This document shows positions 46,851 through 53,925 of a stretch of 64,000 nucleotides of DNA, piece by piece. Every line of letters begins with the position of its first letter. Position 1 is the stretch's first letter. Source of the stretch: Myxococcales bacterium (GTDB lineage: Bacteria; Myxococcota; Myxococcia; Myxococcales; Myxococcaceae); assembly GCA_030693825.1 (NCBI GenBank), contig JAUXZV010000023.1:38984-102983 (forward strand), written 5' to 3'. A program made the position numbers and the translations under genes. The notes below the pieces were generated by a model, which saw nothing but the letters and a program-made list of their open reading frames with translations, had not been told where the DNA came from and made no database searches.

Positions 46851-47642
46851 CTACGGCTCGTCGATGAACTCCGCCACCTCGGCCGTGAGCCGGGCGCGGT
46901 CGACGTCATGAGTCAGAATGTGAAAGCCGCGCTGGAGCACCAGGAAGCGCGACCCGGGCATGTCGGCGTGCAGCGCCTCGATGCTCTCGAGTTGCACGAC
47001 GTGGTCCTGCACGGCCGCCGCGATGAGCGTCGGTGCCTTCACCCGCGGAGCCGCGCGCCGCGCCAGCCGCTGCAGCTCGAACAGGTCGAGCAGCCGGCCG
47101 AGCGGGTACCTGGGCAGTACGGGAGACTGGGCGCGCGCCGCGTCGTCTTCGAGGTCGGTCGTCGTCTTCTCGAGCCACTTCGCGGCAAAGCCCTGCAGCG
47201 CGCCCGGCCCCAGCCGCTCGAGCAGCCGGCCAGCGCGCCGCTGCACCCGCATCACCGGCGCCATCAACACCAGCTTCGACACCCGCGCGCCGTGCCGTTC
47301 GGCCAGCAACAGCCCCAGCAGCCCGCCCATCGACAGCCCCGCGATGCACACCCTTGGGAACCGCGTGAGGGAGTCGAACGAGGCCTCGGCGGCAGCGAGC
47401 CACTCCCGCCACGTCACCCACAGCATGTCCTCGGGCGTGGTGCCGTGGCCGGGGAGCCTGGGCGCGCGAACGAAAAAGCCGCGGGCCGCGAGCGACTCGG
47501 CCAGCGGCCGCACCTCCCACGGGCTCCCCGTGAAGCCATGGAGCAGCAGCACCGCGGTGCTCGCGTCAGGCGGGCCGAGGTCGAACGACGACGTGCGGGC
47601 GGGGTCGAGAGGGAAGGACACGACGAGCGCGCCGATGGTGAC
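46851..47642 (-). CDS. Alpha/beta hydrolase (monoacylglycerol lipase / carboxylesterase family)
   Basis: AVLLLHGFTGSP and the nucleophile elbow GLSMGG are present. The start is ambiguous: GTG at 47642, or ATG at 47720/47723. The latter would overlap the divergent DUF3467 start codon. Confidence 0.75.
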   Translation of the reverse strand, partial: VTIGALVVSFPLDPARTSSFDLGPPDASTAVLLLHGFTGSPWEVRPLAESLAARGFFVRAPRLPGHGTTPEDMLWVTWREWLAAAEASFDSLTRFPRVCIAGLSMGGLLGLLLAERHGARVSKLVLMAPVMRVQRRAGRLLERLGPGALQGFAAKWLEKTTTDLEDDAARAQSPVLPRYPLGRLLDLFELQRLARRAAPRVKAPTLIAAAVQDHVVQLESIEALHADMPGSRFLVLQRGFHILTHDVDRARLTAEVAEFIDEP

Positions 47643-47721
47643 AGGCCCGCGTGCCAGCGCAACACGTTTGCACTTCCGAGGGTTCACCTCGTGCGGTCCC
47701 CGGGGTACACCGTCGAGCATC

Positions 47722-48012
47722 ATGAGTGAAACGCCCAAGCCGCCCGAGATTCAGCTCCAGATTCAGCTCGACGACGACGTGGCCAACGGCCGCTACGCGA
47801 ACATGGCGCTCGTCAACCACACCGAGACCGAGTTCACGCTCGACTTCATCTACGTGCAGCCGCAGCAGCCTCGCGCGAAGGTGCTCTCGCGCATCATCAC
47901 CAACCCCAAGCACATGAAGCGCCTGTTGATGGCGATTCAAGAGAACCTCGCCAAGTACGAGTCGAAGTTCGGGCCGGTGGAGCTCATCGACCCCGGCACT
48001 CCAGTGCACTGA
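47722..48012 (+). CDS. DUF3467 family protein
   Basis: 96 aa. ANGRYANMALVNHTETEFTLDFIYVQPQQPRAKVLSRIITNPKHMKRLL matches the DUF3467 pattern. Confidence 0.8.
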   Translation: MSETPKPPEIQLQIQLDDDVANGRYANMALVNHTETEFTLDFIYVQPQQPRAKVLSRIITNPKHMKRLLMAIQENLAKYESKFGPVELIDPGTPVH

Positions 48013-48061
48013 GGGCGTGAATGTGGTGAGCGCCGGAGCGTCGCAGCGGTCGATGCCGTCG

Positions 48062-48853
48062 ATGAGGTCCACGTGGCTGTGGTGTGCGCTCGCCCTGGTG
48101 GCGGCGGCTGCGCCTCGCGCCCACGCCGCCTGCGAAGACGGCATTCGGTTGTTTCCTTCGCCCGGCGCGACGGTGCCGACCAACGTGCACTTCGTGCTCG
48201 AAGGGGTGCTGAACGAGCAGGAGCGCGTGTCGAAGCTCGTCGGCTCGTCCGAGCTGGCGCTCCTCGGCGGCGGAGACCCGGTCGGCGTGACGGTCGAGAA
48301 GGGTTGGTCGTCGACGATGAACCGCGTCGCGGTGAAGCTGAAGCCGACGCGGCCGCTCCAGCCGAACACCGAGTACACGCTCACCATCGGCCGCGCGCTG
48401 CCCATGGTGAAGCTGCTCAACGACACCTGGGGCGACAACACCGCGCGGTGGAAGACGGGCCCCTCGGCCGACACCGTCGCGCCGAAGTTCCTCACCAAGC
48501 CCGCCGTGTCAGAGGGGTTCTACCAGCGCACGCGCGACGGGTTGACCCGCACGCTGAAGCTGCGCACGCAGGTCAACGACATCGGCGCCTCCTACCTGCT
48601 GGTGACGATGCAGCGCGCGCGCGGAGTGGCCGCCAAGCAGCAGTACCCCGTGCCGCTCGACAGTGACGCGGTGGTGTTCGGCCATGACGTCTGCTCCGGG
48701 AGCTTTGGCTTCGATGATGGGCGCGCGTACCGGCTGGTGGTCGAGCTGTACGACGCCGCCGGCAACGGCGCGGCGAAGCCGTTCAACCTCGAGCTCTCGG
48801 CGCCGCGTCCGACAGGCCCTGAGCCCGAGCCCGAGAAGCAAGACAGTCGCTGA
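48062..48853 (+). CDS. Hypothetical secreted protein
   Basis: Start at MRSTWLWCALALVAAAAPRAHA (signal peptide). About 263 aa. Confidence 0.5.
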   Translation: MRSTWLWCALALVAAAAPRAHAACEDGIRLFPSPGATVPTNVHFVLEGVLNEQERVSKLVGSSELALLGGGDPVGVTVEKGWSSTMNRVAVKLKPTRPLQPNTEYTLTIGRALPMVKLLNDTWGDNTARWKTGPSADTVAPKFLTKPAVSEGFYQRTRDGLTRTLKLRTQVNDIGASYLLVTMQRARGVAAKQQYPVPLDSDAVVFGHDVCSGSFGFDDGRAYRLVVELYDAAGNGAAKPFNLELSAPRPTGPEPEPEKQDSR

Positions 48854-48859
48854 GCCAGC

Positions 48860-49411
48860 TCACCGCGCTCCAGCATCGGGAATGGTGGGCCAGGCGAAGA
48901 GGCTGGCGTCGAGCGCCGTCGGTCGGAGCTCCTTCACGCGCGAGCTGACCTTTCTGGTCGGGCCGTTCCAGAACTTCTGGGAGCACTCCAGCGGAATTCC
49001 AGGCAGCTCGCCGGCGAAGCTCGGGTTGCAGGCCGGTCCACGTCGTCGTCATCAGCACCAGCAGCGGGAACCACGCCATCGTCTTCGTCGAAGGAAAGAG
49101 GCGCCCGAAGGACACCGCGTCGAGGCCGGCCGCGCTCCACGGCGTGTAGCAGCCACTGAAGCTGAGCTCCGGCGAGCTTGCCGCTGCCAGGTGCTCGATG
49201 CATTCGCGCCGCAGCAGGCGCCGCTTCGAAGGTTGGCGCTCGAAGCGATAGACGAGTCGATCGCCTGACGGCGCAACCGCCGGGTCAGGGTATCGACGAT
49301 GCGCCGAACGCTGTTCTCGACGGGCTCCGAGATGACGGTGACGCCCGAGGCCGTGTCGCGAAGGAAGAGGACGGTGGGCGTCTTCCCCGTCTCGACCAGG
49401 ACCCGCAGCAT
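48860..49411 (-). pseudogene. Decayed gene remnant whose coding signal (GC3) moves through three reading frames
   Basis: Frame A (49411 to ~49280) reads MLRVLVETGKTPTVLFLRDTASGVTVISEPVENSVRRIVDTLTRRL. Frame B (~49280 to ~49050) reads RLVYRFERQPSKRRLLRRECIEHLAAASSPELSFSGCYTPWSAAGLDAVSFGRLFPSTKTMAWFPLLVLMTTTWTGL. Frame C (~49060 to 48860) reads NPSFAGELPGIPLECSQKFWNGPTRKVSSRVKELRPTALDASLFAWPTIPDAGAR*. GC3 is high only in the active frame of each segment, and local GC is lower than the surroundings. Confidence 0.35.
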
Positions 49412-49734
49412 CGTGCCGCGCAGAGAGACGGTGGTGAGTTGCTGTCTCCCATCGACGTTTGCTTCGGAGACGAGCGTAAAGTGAGGAGCAGTGCGGTGCG
49501 CATCGCGTGCAGGCGCGAAGAGGCCGCGACGGTGAGCTCGTGTGCAGTCGATGCAACAGGTGCCCGGACCAGTGCACGGAGGTGTTGGTGCTCCGACCGT
49601 CCAGAAACGCCAAGGGACCTGACATGGGCACCCGCGGTCCGGGTCTGAAACGTCTGAAACACCTGATGTTTTCGGCGCTCTCTCAAAAGTTGGCAAGGCG
49701 CTCGCAATGGAGTCCCGGCGAAGGGGAATCCACC

Positions 49735-50148
49735 GTGCGCGTTCTGCTCCTCACCATCGTCGTCCTGCTCTCCGCTGCGTGCGCAGGGGAGTACTCCGCG
49801 ACGCCTGAGGAGCTCGCCCGCTACGAGTTCTTCGCCGAGGTGCAGGTGAACCCGACGGCGCCGGTGGCGGGTCGCATGGTGAACCTGAACCTCGAGCTGT
49901 CGAGCCGTTCCAATCAGCTGGTGGTGGTCGACGTGATTCTCCGCGCGGTGCGTGCCGACGGCAGCGTGATGAACGAGCAGGTGTGGCCGCGGGTGACGTT
50001 TCACCCTGAAGAGGTGTGGAACCTCACGCAGGGCTTCCTGTCGCGCACCGACGAGCGTGGCGCCTTCGACGTCGTCATCGAGACCCGCGAGTCTGCGTCG
50101 GGCAAGGTGCTCTGGACCGGCCCCGGCCTGAAGTACACGTTCCGTTAA
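49735..50148 (+). CDS. Small hypothetical lipoprotein
   Basis: GTG start, VRVLLLTIVVLLSAAC lipobox, 137 aa. Its 3' end is partially duplicated immediately downstream. Confidence 0.45.
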   Translation: MRVLLLTIVVLLSAACAGEYSATPEELARYEFFAEVQVNPTAPVAGRMVNLNLELSSRSNQLVVVDVILRAVRADGSVMNEQVWPRVTFHPEEVWNLTQGFLSRTDERGAFDVVIETRESASGKVLWTGPGLKYTFR

Positions 50149-50149
50149 G

Positions 50150-50260
50150 GCTGACGTTTCAGGACCTGCGCCTTCGACGTCGTCATCGAGACCCGCGCTC
50201 ACGTCCGCGTTCGTTGCACGATGCGCTGGACTGGTCCGGGCTCCACGGACGAGCCCTGTC
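50150..50260. repeat. Duplication scar: decayed second copy of the last ~100 bp of the upstream gene plus a 17-bp segment matching the downstream gene
   Basis: The 30-mer gcgccttcgacgtcgtcatcgagacccgcg occurs at 50059-50088 and again at 50168-50197. ctgacgtttcaggacct at 50150-50166 pairs with ctgacgcttcaggacct at 50295-50311, which lies inside the acyl-CoA synthetase gene. Confidence 0.7.
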
Positions 50261-51881
50261 AAGGCAACGCGAAGTCCTTGAACCGATCGCGCAGCTGACG
50301 CTTCAGGACCTTTCCCGTCGGGCCCAGCGGCAGCGCGTCGACGAACTCGATGGCATCGGGTAGCCACCACTTCACCAGCTTCGTCTCGAGAAACGCCTGG
50401 AGCTCGGCCTTCGAGACGTCCTGGTCTTTGTGCTTCACGACGACGAGCAGGGGGCGCTCGACCCAGCGCGGGTGAGGAATGCCGACGGCCGCGGCCTGCG
50501 CGACGGCCGGGTGCAGGGTGGCCGCGTGCTCGACGTCGATGGAGCTGATCCACTCTCCGCCCGACTTGATGACGTCTTTGCTGCGGTCGGTGATCTGCAT
50601 GTAGCCCTCGCCGTCGATGGTGGCGATGTCACCGGTGGCGAACCAGTCTCCGTCGTGATGCGAGCGGTCGTCGGAGTGGAAGTACGCGCTCGCCACCCAG
50701 CCGCCCTTCGCCTGCAGGTGGCCTGACGTCTTACCGTCGTGAGGCACGACCTTGCCGTCGTCATCGACGAGGCGCAGGTCGACGCCGAAGATGGGCCGGC
50801 CCTGCTTGAGCTGAATGGCGAGGCGCTGCTCCTTCGAGAGGGCGTGGTGGTTGGGCAGGAGCACGCACGCGGTCCCCAGCGGCGACAGCTCCGTCATGCC
50901 CCAGGCGTGCAGCACCCGCGCGCCGTGCTCTTCCTGGAACGCGGTGATCATCGAAGGCGGGCAGGCCGAGCCGCCGATGGTGACCTTGGTGAGCGTCGAC
51001 ATGGTGACCTGCTTCGTCTTCGCCGCCGCCAGCAGGCCGAGCCACACGGTCGGCACGCCGAGCGCGCTGGTGACCCCTTCGGCCTGAATGAGGTCGAGCA
51101 GGCTCACGCCGTCGAGCGCGGGACCCGGCATCACCAGCTTCGAGCCCACCATCGCCGCGGCGTACGGCACACCCCACGCGTTGACGTGGAACATCGGCAC
51201 GACGGGGAGCGTGACGTCCTGCGCCGAGATGGCGAGCGCGTCGGCCATGCAGATGGCGTAGCTGTGCAGCACGGTGCTGCGGTGCGAGTAGAGGACGCCC
51301 TTCGGCATCCCCACGGTGCCCGACGTGTAGCAGAGCGAGCTGGCGGTGTTCTCGTCGAGGGCCGGCCACGAGAAGGTCGTCGGCTGGCCCGGGAGCAACG
51401 ACTCGTAGGCGCGAAGGCCCGCGATGCCAGTGTCCTTCGGCAGGTGCGCTTCGTCAGTGAGGGCGATGAACTGCGTGATGGGCCCGGGCACCGAGGCAAG
51501 GTGCTTCGCGAGCGGGGTGAAGGTGGTGTCGAAGCAGAGCATCACGTCCCCCGCGTCGTTGGCGATCCACGCGAGCTGGTCTGGAGGCAGGCGCGGGTTG
51601 ATGGTGTGGAGGACAGCGCCCATGCCCGAGACGGCGAAGTAGAGCTCGAGGTGACGCTGGGTGTTCCACGCGAGCGTCGCGACCACATCACCGGGCTTGA
51701 TGCCCGCGGCGGTCAACGCGTTCGCGAGCTGCCGCACGCGGTCGGCGAGGCCCGCCCACGTGGTGCGAACGATGGGCCCTTCGACGGTGCGGGTGACGAT
51801 CTCGACCGAGCGGTGAAAGCGGGCGGCGAACTCGAGCTGCGACGAGATGAGCAGCGGCTGCGTCATCATGAGGCCGTTCAT
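50259..51881 (-). CDS. AMP-dependent acyl-CoA synthetase/ligase (long-chain fatty-acid CoA ligase-like)
   Basis: Start at MNGLMMTQP (51881), 540 aa. The AMP-binding motif [33 protein letters not shown] and the C-terminal Lys are present. Confidence 0.9.
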   Translation of the reverse strand: MNGLMMTQPLLISSQLEFAARFHRSVEIVTRTVEGPIVRTTWAGLADRVRQLANALTAAGIKPGDVVATLAWNTQRHLELYFAVSGMGAVLHTINPRLPPDQLAWIANDAGDVMLCFDTTFTPLAKHLASVPGPITQFIALTDEAHLPKDTGIAGLRAYESLLPGQPTTFSWPALDENTASSLCYTSGTVGMPKGVLYSHRSTVLHSYAICMADALAISAQDVTLPVVPMFHVNAWGVPYAAAMVGSKLVMPGPALDGVSLLDLIQAEGVTSALGVPTVWLGLLAAAKTKQVTMSTLTKVTIGGSACPPSMITAFQEEHGARVLHAWGMTELSPLGTACVLLPNHHALSKEQRLAIQLKQGRPIFGVDLRLVDDDGKVVPHDGKTSGHLQAKGGWVASAYFHSDDRSHHDGDWFATGDIATIDGEGYMQITDRSKDVIKSGGEWISSIDVEHAATLHPAVAQAAAVGIPHPRWVERPLLVVVKHKDQDVSKAELQAFLETKLVKWWLPDAIEFVDALPLGPTGKVLKRQLRDRFKDFALP

Positions 51882-51987
51882 CGGGGCTCCTGGGCGGGGG
51901 ACAACAGGACCCCACGATGTACTCCGGCGAATCGCGCGACGGGGGGCGTTTGAGCTGACGCGGCGCACCACCAACGGGGAGCGCCCG

Positions 51988-52035
51988 AACGCGTGTCACC
52001 TCTGGTGCGGTTTCCGCCCGGATGCTGACGGTGAA
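51988..52035 (+). repeat. Copy C of the ~48-bp conserved element (immediately 5' of nudC)
   Basis: aacgcgtgtcacctctggtgcggtttccgcccggatgctgacggtgaa. Confidence 0.75.
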
Positions 52036-52041
52036 CGCGCC

Positions 52042-52852
52042 GTGCCTGGGGTAGTCACCCCCTGGCCGTTCCTCCCGCAGGTCGTCATTCCGTCGCCGTT
52101 GCCTGCCTTGGCCCACTGGTTCGTGTGTGGGGAGAACGAGGTACTGCTTCGGCGGGAAGGCGTTGGCGTCGAACAGCTCCCCACGTTCGCCGAGCTTGGG
52201 GGGCTGGACCCTGCCGACGCTCCGATGGTCGGGCTCCTCGATGGGGTTCCGTGCCTGTCACTGCGCTGGCCGCGAGGGAGCGCAGCGCCACAGGCGTTCG
52301 AGTTCGTCGGGCTGCGCGGCCTGTGGGCTCGTCTCGACGAGACGCTCTTCGGCATCGCCGGGCGCGCGAACCAGCTCGCGCACTTCGCGTCGACGCACCG
52401 GTTCTGTGGGCGGTGTGGGGCTCCGACGACTCGCGATGCGGCCGATCGCTCCATTCGGTGCCCGGTGTGCGCGCAGGTGAACTACCCGCGCATCACGCCC
52501 GCCATCATCACCCTCGTGCGTCGCGGAGACGAGGCGCTGCTCGCGAACTCGGGCCGGTTCCCCGTCGCCTTCTTCAGCACCCTGGCCGGGTTCTCCGAGG
52601 TGGGCGAGTCGCTCGAAGAGACGCTGGTGCGCGAGGTGCACGAAGAGGTCGGCGTCCAGGTCGCCAACGTTCGATACTTCGGGAGCCAGCCCTGGCCGTT
52701 CCCGCACTCGCTGATGATCGGCTTCACGGCCGATTGGGTCTCGGGGGAGGTGGTGCCGGACGGCCTGCCACGAATTCCACCGCGCGAGCATCGCGAGACG
52801 GTTGATCGACGCCTGGGTGAAGGACGTCACCGGCCACGAGACCGGCACCTGA
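52042..52852 (+). pseudogene. nudC: NADH pyrophosphatase / NAD-capped RNA decapping Nudix hydrolase (NudC) with internal frameshift and a short deletion
   Basis: GTG at 52042. The NudC zinc ribbon CGRCGAPTT...CPVCAQVNYPRITP and the Nudix box GFSEVGESLEETLVREVHEEVGV are present, followed by SLMIGFTADWVSGEVVPDGLPRIPP. The conserved NudC C-terminus ASIARRLIDAWVKDVTGHETGT* is encoded only in the +1 frame from ~52775. About 10-14 residues, including the ARWF-like segment, are missing relative to typical NudC. Confidence 0.55.
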
Positions 52853-52865
52853 CTCGAGCCGCAGC

Positions 52866-52913
52866 GCTCGTCACGAATCGGGCGGTTTCCGCGCGCGCGG
52901 TGCCAGTCGATGT
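52866..52913 (+). repeat. Copy D of the ~48-bp conserved element (immediately 3' of nudC, 5' of the DUF559 gene)
   Basis: agcgctcgtcacgaatcgggcggtttccgcgcgcgcggtgccagtcga. Confidence 0.75.
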
Positions 52914-52960
52914 CAGCCCCCTCTGGTACTCCCAGTCGTCGGACGGGCGGGGAGGGTGGG

Positions 52961-53887
52961 ATGCGTGCAGCAGAGCAGGCAGTCGTGACGTTGGCGGCGG
53001 GTCAGCACGGCGTCTTCAGCGTCGAGCAGGCCGTCGAGCGCGGCATGTCGGTCGATCAAGTGAAGCGCCGCGTGCGCGCCGGGCGCTGGAGACGCGTGTT
53101 CCCTGGCGTCTGCGTCATCGCAGGGAGCCCGGAGACGTGGCGGCAACGTCTCAAAGCGAGCGCGCTGTGGTTCGGCCCACGGTGTGTCTTCTCGCATCGC
53201 ACCGCCGCGGCGCTCTGGGGACTCTCTGGTTTCTCCGATGACGCGGGGCCGATCGTCATCGCCTCGACCCGGCACGTGAGCGCCCCTTCCGGTGTCCGCG
53301 TGTTTCGAATGGGCGCGCTGCTGCCGCGAGAGCTGGCGACGGTCGGTGGCCTTCGAGTCACCTCGATCGAGCGAACGTTGCTCGACCTCGCCGCCGAAGA
53401 GCGTGAGGCCGACGTCTCGACTGCGCTCGACGAGGCGCTTCGGCGAAAGCTCACGACCCCGGAGCGACTGACGGCGTTCATCGACCGTGCAGGAGGGACG
53501 CCAGGCATTCGGGTGCTGCGCCGGCTCACCCAGCGGCGCGCCGGGCTCGGCGGGGTGCCTGAGAGCGAACTCGAGTCGCGAGTTCTGGAGCTGCTCGATG
53601 AGCACGGCATGCCGCGACCAGTGCTCCAGCAGAAGGTGACGGCGCGCAGCCGGCGCTACCGGCTCGACTTCAGGTTCCCCGGAACGGCGGTCGTCCTCGA
53701 GGCCGATGGGTATGCGTGGCACTCCTCTGTCGACGCGTTCGAGCGAGACCGGCAACGAATCAACGCGCTCACGGTGAGAGGCTACCGGGTGCTGCGGTGG
53801 ACGTGGGCGGCCCTTCATGACCGGCCCGACGAGCTCATCGACGAGCTTCGAAAGGTGCTGTCGGCCCCGCACTCGCGGGCTGCGTGA
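52961..53887 (+). CDS. DUF559 (Vsr/restriction-endonuclease-like fold) protein with N-terminal AbiEi_4-like HTH domain
   Basis: 308 aa. The N-terminal GVFSVEQAVERGMSVDQVKRRVRAGRW and the C-terminal YRLDFRFPGTAVVLEADGYAWHSS...RGYRVLRW are typical of DUF559. Confidence 0.65.
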   Translation: MRAAEQAVVTLAAGQHGVFSVEQAVERGMSVDQVKRRVRAGRWRRVFPGVCVIAGSPETWRQRLKASALWFGPRCVFSHRTAAALWGLSGFSDDAGPIVIASTRHVSAPSGVRVFRMGALLPRELATVGGLRVTSIERTLLDLAAEEREADVSTALDEALRRKLTTPERLTAFIDRAGGTPGIRVLRRLTQRRAGLGGVPESELESRVLELLDEHGMPRPVLQQKVTARSRRYRLDFRFPGTAVVLEADGYAWHSSVDAFERDRQRINALTVRGYRVLRWTWAALHDRPDELIDELRKVLSAPHSRAA

Positions 53888-53925
53888 CCATTCTCCGTCT
53901 CGTGGTGCGAGGACCGTCGGACGCG

